A stretch of 7,648 nt of DNA from a virus (lineage: Duplodnaviria; Heunggongvirae; Uroviricota; Caudoviricetes). Below, in pieces: positions 1-5,914 of the stretch. Position numbers and translations under genes: made by a program. The stretch lies in the IMG/VR virus record IMGVR_UViG_2693429623_000007. One strand, written 5' to 3'. Within the stretch, counting starts at the first letter, position 1; every line of letters begins with the position of its first letter. A model generated the notes under the pieces. The model was not told the DNA's origin, made no database searches, and saw nothing but the letters and a program-made list of their open reading frames with translations.

Positions 1-155
1 ACCTGGACAATATCCTGAAAGCACCACTGGATGCGCTGACGCATGCCGGACTACTCATAGACGACGAGCAGTTTGATGAAATCAATATTGTGCGCGGTCA
101 GCTCGTTCCTGGGGGGCGGCTGGGCGTGAAGATTTACAAAATTGAGAGTGAGTGA
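1..155 (+). CDS. rusA: Holliday junction resolvase RusA, 3' end (5' partial; starts upstream of window)
   Basis: Frame from nt 3 translates to LDNILKAPLDALTHAGLLIDDEQFDEINIVRGQLVPGGRLGVKIYKIESE*, stop TGA 153-155. Matches the C-terminal region of E. coli RusA as I recall it (DLDNL..DAL..AG...DD...GGRL); recall-based, not searched. Confidence 0.8.
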   Translation, partial: LDNILKAPLDALTHAGLLIDDEQFDEINIVRGQLVPGGRLGVKIYKIESE

Positions 156-706
156 TCGTAAATATGATATATCCGGAAATTACAGGCAAAAGCGGCGAGC
201 ATTTACGTCTAAAAACGCTGGAAGCCGTCTGGATCCAGGGGAAATTACGGATGTGGGGGCGTTGGTCGTATATAGGTGGTGGCAAACCAGGAAATATGTT
301 CAATCAGTTGCTGGCATCCAAAAAACTGACAAAAACCGCGGTCAATGAAGCCCTGCGTAGAATCAGGGAGTCAGGGATTGATAAACCAGAGCTGGAAGCA
401 TTCTTGCGAGAGATGATCGCTGGCAGACAGAAGAGCTGGTTGTCTCACTGTACTGATGCAGAGGCGTTACGCATTGATGGGGTGATAAGTAAAGCGCTTG
501 CACGTTATCCTGGATTGATTGATATCCTGCGGCAAAGGTACGAAGGGCGGGGGATGAGTAAACGCAAAATGGCTGAATTGTTGAATGAGGTGCACCCGGA
601 ATGGTGTTTTAGTACATGCGAAAAGCGAATTGCTAATTGGTTGGCTGTTGCTGAATATGCGCTATACATCCCTATGCGAGAATCGTTTGCTCAAAAAATG
701 TCTTGA
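152..706 (+). CDS. Putative late-gene antiterminator Q (non-lambda Q family), assigned mainly by synteny
   Basis: 184-aa ORF directly after rusA (GTG 152 overlaps the rusA stop as GTGA; alternative ATG at 164), followed by a promoter-like element and an intrinsic terminator. Contains a W-G-x-W stretch (LRMWGRWS) reminiscent of DLP12-type Q proteins. Family call is uncertain. Confidence 0.55.
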   Translation: MIVNMIYPEITGKSGEHLRLKTLEAVWIQGKLRMWGRWSYIGGGKPGNMFNQLLASKKLTKTAVNEALRRIRESGIDKPELEAFLREMIAGRQKSWLSHCTDAEALRIDGVISKALARYPGLIDILRQRYEGRGMSKRKMAELLNEVHPEWCFSTCEKRIANWLAVAEYALYIPMRESFAQKMS

Positions 707-731
707 TTTTTTACGCATAAACTGTTTCAAT
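703..731 (+). promoter_or_regulatory. Candidate late promoter (pR'-like) downstream of the Q-like gene
   Basis: TTGATT (703-708), 17-nt spacer, TTCAAT (726-731) preceded by TG at 723-724 (extended -10 like). Lies about 60 nt upstream of an intrinsic terminator, the arrangement expected for pR'/tR'. Confidence 0.4.
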
Positions 732-790
732 CCAGCTACGCTTCGCAAAGCTATACCGCGAGGCGAATAGCAGACATGGACACCTGAAAG

Positions 791-814
791 AACCCGCTTT
801 ATGCGGGTTTTTTT
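791..814 (+). terminator. Rho-independent terminator (tR'-like)
   Basis: Stem cccgc (793-797), loop tttat, stem gcggg (803-807), then seven T's (808-814). Confidence 0.7.
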
Positions 815-937
815 GTGCCCGAAAAGCGGTACAGGACGTTAAATGCGCTGGTGGTTGCGAATGCCGGTCTTTCAGCTTGCTGGCTTTTTCGACAAGAGGT
901 ATTGGTATGTCACGTTAACCGGAAAAGGGAAAAAGGC

Positions 938-1135
938 ATGCTAAAACAGCAGGATATGACCGAAACCGCCAGAGTGGTGTTTAATGAATTAAGCGTCACC
1001 GAACCGGCGACCGTCGGGGAAATTGCGCAGAATACTTACCTTTCACGCGAACGCTGCCAGTTAATCCTGACCCAGCTTGTTATGGCGGGTCTGGCAGATT
1101 ATCAGTTCGGTTGTTACAGACGCCTTCCGCAGTGA
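938..1135 (+). CDS. Small hypothetical protein (65 aa), possible helix-turn-helix DNA-binding protein; allele 1
   Basis: ATG 938 preceded by purine-rich aaaagggaaaaagg. The longer track ORF from 815 would start inside the terminator region, so the internal ATG is preferred. Product MLKQQDMTETARVVFNELSVTEPATVGEIAQNTYLSRERCQLILTQLVMAGLADYQFGCYRRLPQ; the stretch ATVGEIAQNTYLSRERCQLILTQL looks like an HTH. A near-identical allele is at 1826-2023. Confidence 0.6.
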   Translation: MLKQQDMTETARVVFNELSVTEPATVGEIAQNTYLSRERCQLILTQLVMAGLADYQFGCYRRLPQ

Positions 1136-1144
1136 AGGCTTTTT
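1122..1144 (+). terminator. Rho-independent terminator overlapping the stop codon of the 65-aa gene
   Basis: Stem gccttc (1122-1127), loop cgcagt, stem gaaggc (1134-1139), then five T's (1140-1144). The same structure recurs at about 2009-2033 and 2201-2223. Confidence 0.5.
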
Positions 1145-1184
1145 AATTTGTGGTAATGGGCGGCTGGTGGGTGTTAGCGGCNTC

Positions 1185-1601
1185 CAGTATCCGGATGGTA
1201 AGCCGCCGGTATGGGCAAAGTGTACGAAAGGTGTGTATCCGTCTTACTGGGAAGAATGGAAAAAAGTCAGGGAGGTGGTAAAAGTTGCCTGTCCGGAGTG
1301 TGGCGGAAAGGGTGAGGTTTCCACCGCCTGTAAGGATTGCCGTGGGCGTGGTGTCGCCATTCATCGTGAAGAGTCGGTAAAACGTGGTATGCCTGTTATC
1401 AGAGACTGCCAGCGTTGTGGTGGTCGTGGCTATGAAAGACTACCATCAACGGAGGCATTTAATGCTATATGCGAGGTGACAAACCAGATAACACGCGCGT
1501 CATGGGAAAAAACAGTTAAGAAATTTTATGATGCGCTGGTGACCCGGTTTGATATTGAAGAAGCATGGGCTGAGCGGCAGTTAAAAAAGGTAACTAGGTA
1601 A
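1185..1601 (+). CDS. Lambda-type antiterminator Q, C-terminal fragment (5' truncated at the junction n at 1182)
   Basis: Translation contains CPECGGKGEVSTACKDCRGRGVA...CQRCGGRGYERLPS...YDALV...KVTR*, matching the zinc-binding C-terminal region of lambda Q as recalled (CRDCHGTGRA...CGRCKGVGYSRMP...YDALV...AVTR). The first 35 codons of track ORF 1077-1601 lie in a repeat that is intergenic in the other copies, so the true N-terminus is missing. Confidence 0.75.
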   Translation, partial: QYPDGKPPVWAKCTKGVYPSYWEEWKKVREVVKVACPECGGKGEVSTACKDCRGRGVAIHREESVKRGMPVIRDCQRCGGRGYERLPSTEAFNAICEVTNQITRASWEKTVKKFYDALVTRFDIEEAWAERQLKKVTR

Positions 1602-1606
1602 CAAGG

Positions 1607-1634
1607 TTGATTTTTCCGGAATCTGTGGTAAATT
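1607..1634 (+). promoter_or_regulatory. Lambda-like late promoter pR'
   Basis: TTGATT (1607-1612), 16-nt spacer, TAAATT (1629-1634). The downstream text ggtaaattcgtcataacgatggg closely resembles the lambda pR' initial transcribed region (GGTAAATTTGACTCAACGATGGG, from memory). Confidence 0.65.
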
Positions 1635-1681
1635 CGTCATAACGATGGGCGTTTTATGCCTGACGTTAGAAGAGTTTCTAC

Positions 1682-1706
1682 AACCCGCCGCCGAGCGGGT
1701 TTTTTA
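1682..1706 (+). terminator. Rho-independent terminator tR' (lambda-like)
   Basis: Stem cccgc (1684-1688), loop cgccga, stem gcggg (1695-1699), then six T's (1700-1705); about 45 nt after the predicted pR' start. Confidence 0.7.
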
Positions 1707-1735
1707 TGACTGAAATCGCGTCAGTACAGTAAACG

Positions 1736-2112
1736 CGCTGGTGGCGGTGAATACCTGTCTTTCAGCTTGCTGGCTTTTTCGACAAGAGTTATTGGTGTGT
1801 CACGTTAACCGGAAAAGGAAAAGACATGCTAAAACAGCAGGATATGACAGAAACCGCCAGAGTGGTGTTTAATGAATTAAGCGTCACCGAACCGGCGACC
1901 GTCGGGGAAATTGCGCAGAATACTTACCTTTCACGCGAACGCTGCCAGTTAATACTGACCCAGCTGGTTATGGCGGGTCTGGCAGACTATCAGTTCGGTT
2001 GTTACAGACGCCTTCCGCAGTGAAGGCTTTTTTATTTGTGGTAAATGGGCGGCTGGTGGGTGTTAGGGGCACCCACCAGCCATCTGCTCATGCGTTGGGT
2101 TCACAAGCAAAC
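1736..2112 (+). repeat. Copy 2 of the duplicated unit containing the 65-aa gene
   Basis: Diverged allele of 848-1181; runs into the N gap at 2113. Confidence 0.8.
1826..2023 (+). CDS. Small hypothetical protein (65 aa), HTH-like; allele 2
   Basis: The track gives the same 65-aa protein as 938-1135; the DNA differs at scattered positions, implying synonymous changes. Same terminator at its stop. Confidence 0.6.
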   Translation: MLKQQDMTETARVVFNELSVTEPATVGEIAQNTYLSRERCQLILTQLVMAGLADYQFGCYRRLPQ

Positions 2113-2179
2113 NNNNNNNNNNNNNNNNNNNNNNNNNNNNNNNNNNNNNNNNNNNNNNNNNNNNNNNNNNNNNNNNNNN
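2113..2179. other. Assembly gap (67 N)
   Basis: Run of n; flanks are two copies of the same repeat unit. Confidence 1.
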
Positions 2180-2302
2180 ATCAGTTCGGTTGTTACAGAC
2201 GCCTTCCGCAGTGAAGGCTTTTTAATTTGTGGTAATGGGCGGCTGGTGGGTGTTAGCGGCACCTGCCAGCCATCTGCTCATGCGTTGGGGTCACAAGCAA
2301 AC
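2180..2302 (+). repeat. Copy 3 (partial) of the duplicated unit: last 11 codons of the 65-aa gene plus downstream
   Basis: atcagttcggttgttacagacgccttccgcagtgaaggc... matches 1102-1181 and 1989-2112. Confidence 0.8.
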
Positions 2303-2364
2303 CTCAGGCCCATCTGCTTTGCGCAAAAGCGGTATGAGCCTATCAGAGAAGTGCTTATTGATCT

Positions 2365-3070
2365 ATGGCCAATACTGTAAAAATATCCAGTTGTGAGTTA
2401 ATCAACGCTGATTGCCTGGAATTTATCCAGACCTTACCGGAAAATTCTGTCGATCTGATAGTCACAGACCCGCCATACTTTAAAGTGAAGCCCGAGGGCT
2501 GGGATAACCAGTGGGAGGGCGACGATGATTACCTGAAATGGCTGGACCAGTGTCTGGCGCAGTTCTGGCGGGTGCTGAAACCTGCCGGAAGTCTTTACCT
2601 GTTCTGTGGTCATCGCCTGGCATCTGATATCGAAATCATGATGCGTGAACGCTTCAGTGTGCTGAACCATATTATCTGGGCGAAGCCGTCCGGACGCTGG
2701 AACGGATGCAACAAGGAAAGCCTGCGGGCGTATTTCCCCGCCACAGAGCGCATTCTGTTCGCGGAACATTATCAGGGGCCGTATCGTCCGAAAGATGCCG
2801 GGTATGCGGCGAAGGGCAGTGCACTGAAACAGCATGTGATGGCCCCGCTGATTTCTTACTTTCGTGATGCGCGAGCTGCCCTGGGGATAACGGCAAAACA
2901 GATTGCAGATGCCACAGGAAAGAAAAACATGGTGTCGCACTGGTTCAGTGCCGGTCAGTGGCAGTTGCCGAATGAAAGCGATTATCTGAAATTACAGGCG
3001 CTGTTTGCCCGGGTGGCAGAAGAGAAGCATCGGCGTGGTGAACTGGAAAAGCTCCACCACCAGCTGGTGG
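2365..3070 (+). CDS. DNA N6-adenine methyltransferase, beta class, N-terminal 235 codons (3' end interrupted by N gap)
   Basis: MANTVKISSCELINADCLEFIQTLPENSVDLIVTDPPYF...; catalytic motif IV DPPY at 2467-2478. Track ORF 2365-3102 runs through the gap. The gene continues in the segment 3694-4037. Confidence 0.8.
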
Positions 3071-3081
3071 NNNNNNNNNNN
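3071..3081. other. Assembly gap (11 N)
   Basis: Run of n inside the methyltransferase reading frame. Confidence 1.
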
Positions 3082-3150
3082 TGGCACAGGGGCGCGAGCT
3101 AAAACAGCACGTCATGGCCCCGCTGATTTCTTACTTTCGTGATGCGCGTA
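3082..3150 (+). pseudogene. Isolated 69-bp internal fragment of a divergent methyltransferase allele, between two N runs
   Basis: Matches 2811-2878 with several substitutions in the first 30 bp; the segment ...catggccccgctgatttcttactttcgtgatgcgcg is shared. Confidence 0.6.
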
Positions 3151-3179
3151 NNNNNNNNNNNNNNNNNNNNNNNNNNNNN
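3151..3179. other. Assembly gap (29 N)
   Basis: Run of n. Confidence 1.
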
Positions 3180-4037
3180 GCGCAGTTCTGGCGGGTGCTG
3201 AAACCTGCCGGAAGTCTTTACCTGTTCTGTGGTCATCGCCTGGCATCTGATATCGAAATCATGATGCGTGAACGCTTCAGTGTGCTGAACCATATTATCT
3301 GGGCGAAGCCGTCCGGACGCTGGAACGGATGCAACAAGGAAAGCCTGCGGGCGTATTTCCCCGCCACAGAGCGCATTCTGTTCGCGGAACATTATCAGGG
3401 GCCGTATCGTCCGAAAGATGCCGGGTATGCGGCGAAGGGCAGTGCACTGAAACAGCATGTGATGGCCCCGCTGATTTCTTACTTTCGTGATGCGCGAGCT
3501 GCCCTGGGGATAACGGCAAAACAGATTGCAGATGCCACAGGAAAGAAAAACATGGTGTCGCACTGGTTCAGTGCCGGTCAGTGGCAGTTGCCGAATGAAA
3601 GCGATTATCTGAAATTACAGGCGCTGTTTGCCCGGGTGGCAGAAGAGAAGCATCGGCGTGGTGAACTGGAAAAGCTCCACCACCAGCTGGTGGATACGTA
3701 TACCTCACTGAACCGGCAGTATGCGGAGCTGCTGAGTGAATATAAACATCTGCGGCGGTATTTTGGCGTGACGGTGCAGGTGCCGTATACCGATGTGTGG
3801 ACGCATAAACCGGTGCAGTTCTATCCCGGGAAACATCCGTGCGAAAAACCGGCAGAAATGCTGCAGCAGATAATCAACGCGAGCAGTCGTCCGGGAGACC
3901 TGGTTGCAGATTTTTTTATGGGTTCAGGTTCAACGGTAAAAGCGGCGATGGCACTGGGGCGTTGTGCGATTGGTGTTGAGCTGGAGACCGGACGTTTTGA
4001 ACAGACAGTCAGGGAAGTTCAGGATTTAATCGTTTGA
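3180..4037 (+). CDS. DNA N6-adenine methyltransferase, beta class, codon approx. 65 to stop (5' truncated by N gap)
   Basis: 3180-3693 appears identical to 2557-3070 (514 bp). The C-terminal part carries the AdoMet-binding motif I, FFMGSGST. Motif IV before motif I is the beta-class order. Stop TGA 4035-4037. Reconstructed full gene is about 349 aa. Confidence 0.8.
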   Translation, partial: AQFWRVLKPAGSLYLFCGHRLASDIEIMMRERFSVLNHIIWAKPSGRWNGCNKESLRAYFPATERILFAEHYQGPYRPKDAGYAAKGSALKQHVMAPLISYFRDARAALGITAKQIADATGKKNMVSHWFSAGQWQLPNESDYLKLQALFARVAEEKHRRGELEKLHHQLVDTYTSLNRQYAELLSEYKHLRRYFGVTVQVPYTDVWTHKPVQFYPGKHPCEKPAEMLQQIINASSRPGDLVADFFMGSGSTVKAAMALGRCAIGVELETGRFEQTVREVQDLIV

Positions 4038-4098
4038 AACGGATGAGATTGCAGAATTAATTACGCACCATTATTATTCTGCTCCCGGCCCTTTAGCN

Positions 4099-4395
4099 CT
4101 GCGGCGGTATTTTGGCGTGACGGTGCAGGTGCCGTATACCGATGTGTGGACGCATAAACCGGTGCAGTTCTATCCCGGGAAACATCCGTGCGAAAAACCG
4201 GCAGAAATGCTGCAGCAGATAATCAGCGCTAGCAGTCGTCCGGGTGACCTGATTGCAGATTTTTTCATGGGGTTGGGTTCGACAGTGAAAGCGGCACTGG
4301 CGCTCGGGCGTCGTGCAATTGGCGTTGAGCTGGAGACTGAACGTTTTGAGCAGACGGTTCGGGAAGTACAGGATTTAGTCAGCCAGAACGGATGA
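4099..4395 (+). CDS. Methyltransferase C-terminal fragment, second allele (5' truncated at the junction n at 4098)
   Basis: In-frame from 4099. Product ...VTVQVPYTDVWTHKPVQFYPGKHPCEKPAEMLQQIISASSRPGDLIADFFMGLGSTVKAALALGRRAIGVELETERFEQTVREVQDLVSQNG* differs from the 3751-4037 allele by scattered substitutions and a 5-aa longer tail. Confidence 0.7.
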   Translation: MRRYFGVTVQVPYTDVWTHKPVQFYPGKHPCEKPAEMLQQIISASSRPGDLIADFFMGLGSTVKAALALGRRAIGVELETERFEQTVREVQDLVSQNG

Positions 4396-4435
4396 TATTG
4401 AAGAATTAATTACGCGTCGTTATTATGCGGCTCCC

Positions 4436-4511
4436 GGCCCTTTAGCTCAGTGGTGAGAGCGAGCGACTCATAATCGCCAGGTCGCTGGTTCAAATCCAGC
4501 AAGGGCCACCA
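4436..4511 (+). tRNA. tRNA-Ile2/Met, anticodon CAU (ileX/ileZ-like)
   Basis: Hand-folded cloverleaf: acceptor GGCCCTT/AAGGGCC, D arm GCTC-AGTGGTGA-GAGC, anticodon loop CTCATAA, T arm GCTGG-TTCAAAT-CCAGC, discriminator A, encoded CCA. Resembles E. coli ileX as recalled. Confidence 0.85.
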
Positions 4512-4518
4512 TCACATA

Positions 4519-4595
4519 CCGCCATTAACTCATCAGGATAGAGCGCCAGCCTTCGAAGCTGGTTGCGCGGGGTTCGAGTCCTCGATGGCGGTCCA
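4519..4595 (+). tRNA. tRNA-Arg, anticodon UCG
   Basis: Acceptor CCGCCAT/ATGGCGG (7 bp), anticodon stem CCAGC/GCTGG with loop CTTCGAA, T loop TTCGAGT, encoded CCA. The D stem has one A-C mismatch. Confidence 0.75.
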
Positions 4596-4608
4596 TTATC
4601 TGCATCAT

Positions 4609-4685
4609 GCGTTGTTAGCTCAGCCGGACAGAGCAATTGCCTTCTAAGCAATCGGTCACTGGTTCGAATCCAGTACAACGCGCCA
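4609..4685 (+). tRNA. tRNA-Arg, anticodon UCU
   Basis: Acceptor GCGTTGT/ACAACGC, D arm GCTC-AGCCGGACA-GAGC, anticodon stem ATTGC/GCAAT with loop CTTCTAA, T arm ACTGG-TTCGAAT-CCAGT, encoded CCA. Confidence 0.85.
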
Positions 4686-4698
4686 CGCTTATTTTTCC

Positions 4699-4723
4699 AG
4701 GCTCGCTTCGGCGGGCCTTTTTC
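4699..4723 (+). terminator. Rho-independent terminator after the tRNA cluster
   Basis: Stem aggctcgc (4699-4706), loop ttcg, stem gcgggcct (4711-4718, one G-U pair), then T-run to 4722. Confidence 0.55.
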
Positions 4724-4860
4724 ATATCCGCGCCACGCCCGGCGCACATCAAAAAACCACAGAGCCTTTCAGGGGTGAGCTTACGGGATGGTCAGTGTGA
4801 CTTTCTCTGTGGGCTGGTCACCCCCGGGCGCAGGCTCACCCACTAAAAGGAAAAGTCACG

Positions 4861-5286
4861 ATGTTTGGTATTTTCAAAAAGAAAACCCGCAAGGCCATTA
4901 CCGAGGTGAAGAAGATGGAGAACCGTGACGCAGTGGAGGCGACCGTCTGGGGCGCGTACTCCATTGCATACGCTGACGGCACCTGTGACGCGAAAGAAAT
5001 CGCGGTACTGGAAAAAACCATTGCAGCACTTCCTGTCTTTGCGCCGTTCTCCGGTGAGATTGCACAAATGAGTGCAAATATCCGCGCCCGTTATGAAGCG
5101 TCGCCGCGTTCTGCCAATGCCGAAGCTCTTCGTCAGCTGGCTGATGTTGCCGGTACTGATGATGCAGTTAATGTGCTGTGCCTGTGTCTGGATATCGCTG
5201 ACCAGGACGGTATCGCTCAGGAAGAAGAAGCGCAACTGAAGAAAATTGCGCAGGCGCTGCAGTTGCCGCTGGAGCAGTACCTGTGA
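4861..5286 (+). CDS. TerB-like (tellurite-resistance TerB family) domain protein, 141 aa
   Basis: ATG 4861 with aaaaggaaaag upstream. Two internal half-repeats of the form A-x-A-DG...E...L..IA.AL (AYADGTCDAKEIAVLEKTIAAL and DIADQDGIAQEEEAQLKKIAQAL), the arrangement I recall for TerB. Family call is from memory. Confidence 0.55.
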   Translation: MFGIFKKKTRKAITEVKKMENRDAVEATVWGAYSIAYADGTCDAKEIAVLEKTIAALPVFAPFSGEIAQMSANIRARYEASPRSANAEALRQLADVAGTDDAVNVLCLCLDIADQDGIAQEEEAQLKKIAQALQLPLEQYL

Positions 5287-5435
5287 AAAGTGCGCGCCTT
5301 GTGCTGGCTGTCATCCTGTTGTTTCTGGTAGTGGTGGTTGATTTCACCGGACGACTGATGTCGGTGCTGGCAGATGGTGTGCTGGTGGCGATGGCGCTGG
5401 TCGTGCTCCGGCCTTTACTGCGTAAATCTGAATAA
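5283..5435 (+). CDS. Small hydrophobic protein (50 aa), putative membrane peptide
   Basis: GTG 5283 overlaps the upstream stop as GTGA; ggag lies 10 nt upstream. Product VKSARLVLAVILLFLVVVVDFTGRLMSVLADGVLVAMALVVLRPLLRKSE*. Below the 60-aa cutoff of the ORF track. Speculative. Confidence 0.35.
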   Translation: MKSARLVLAVILLFLVVVVDFTGRLMSVLADGVLVAMALVVLRPLLRKSE

Positions 5436-5444
5436 CATCACACA

Positions 5445-5481
5445 AAAGGCATCTGCGGATGCCTTTGACGGGGTGTTTTTT
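5445..5481 (+). terminator. Perfect 9-bp hairpin followed by a T-run; putative terminator or attenuator before the lysis genes
   Basis: aaaggcatc (5445-5453), loop tgcg, gatgccttt (5458-5466), then gacggggtg and six T's (5476-5481). Confidence 0.4.
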
Positions 5482-5520
5482 ACGGGTCGCTGGTGGCCCT
5501 TTTTTATTTTCAGGAGGAAG

Positions 5521-5914
5521 TATGTCTGAACCCTTATCCGGTTCCGGCACGGCTGCGGCGCTGGGGGGCGCGACGGTATTCGGGCTGTTTACCGGGATGG
5601 ATTTCGGGATTGTGTTTGGCGCGTTCGCCGGGGCGTTATTTGTGGCAACGATGCCGCAGTCACTTTCAGTCTGGCGCGTGGTGGCGCATTTTCTGGTGTC
5701 GTTTATTGTCGGCGTGCTGGGAGCGCGTGTGCTGTCAGCCTGGATTGCATCAAAAACAGGGTATGACGGTACATCAGCAGATGCGCTTTGCGCGGTGCTG
5801 GTCTCGGTGGTGTCGGTGAAGATTCTCTCGTTCATCCACCAGCAGGATATTGCATCGCTGGTGTCCGGTGTGTTCTCCCGCCTGCGGGGTGGAGGAGGCG
5901 GCAATGTTAAGTAA
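5521..5914 (+). CDS. Putative holin-like membrane protein (131 aa)
   Basis: ATG 5521 with strong SD caggaggaag. The track start at 5459 falls inside the upstream hairpin and is rejected. Gly/Ala-rich hydrophobic segments suggest about 3 TM helices by eye. It is the first gene of a cluster ending in an M15 endolysin. Atypical for a holin: the C-terminus is GGGGGNVK rather than strongly charged. Confidence 0.5.

Larger units (their letters stand above)
848..1181 (+). repeat. Copy 1 of an approx. 330-bp duplicated unit (upstream region + 65-aa gene + terminator + downstream)
   Basis: Aligns by eye with 1736-2112 at high but not perfect identity; the 3' part also matches 2180-2260. Similarity ends exactly at the n at 1182. 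Confidence 0.8.

Noticed and set aside
82-303. Minus-strand ORF (73 aa) across the rusA/Q junction
   Set aside because: Antisense to two well-supported plus-strand genes, with no RBS or recognisable features.
1077-1601. Track ORF as a full-length 174-aa Q protein
   Set aside because: Its first 35 codons lie in a repeat that is non-coding in the other two copies, and an n at 1182 marks a junction. Only 1185-1601 is credible, as a C-terminal Q fragment.
1999-2380. Track ORFs 1999-2214 and 2045-2380 reading through the N gap
   Set aside because: Frames are held open by the N run and by intergenic repeat sequence; no coding support.
2434-3563. Minus-strand ORFs 2434-2940, 2672-2896, 3099-3563 and 3295-3519
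   Set aside because: Antisense shadows of the methyltransferase gene, duplicated because the underlying DNA is duplicated.
848-4446. CRISPR array or genuine tandem gene amplification as explanation for the repeats
   Set aside because: Repeat units are hundreds of bp and contain genes, with no short direct repeat and spacer periodicity. The boundaries coincide with N junctions, pointing to assembly concatenation.
4490-4846. ORFs 4490-4747 (-), 4563-4778 (+) and 4637-4846 (+) overlapping the tRNA cluster
   Set aside because: They overlap three well-folded tRNAs and a terminator, and lack RBS.
4724-5286. Shiga toxin genes stxA/stxB at the canonical position after the tRNA triplet
   Set aside because: Not present; the slot holds a single 141-aa TerB-like ORF, with no A/B subunit pair and no signal peptides.
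5459-5819. Alternative start 5459 for the holin-like gene, and overlapping ORF 5493-5819
   Set aside because: ATG 5459 lies inside the 9-bp hairpin with no RBS, whereas ATG 5521 has a strong SD. 5493-5819 is an out-of-frame shadow.
4843-5904. Minus-strand ORFs 4836-5021, 4843-5235 and 5344-5904
   Set aside because: Antisense to the TerB-like and holin-like genes, which have good RBS and family features.
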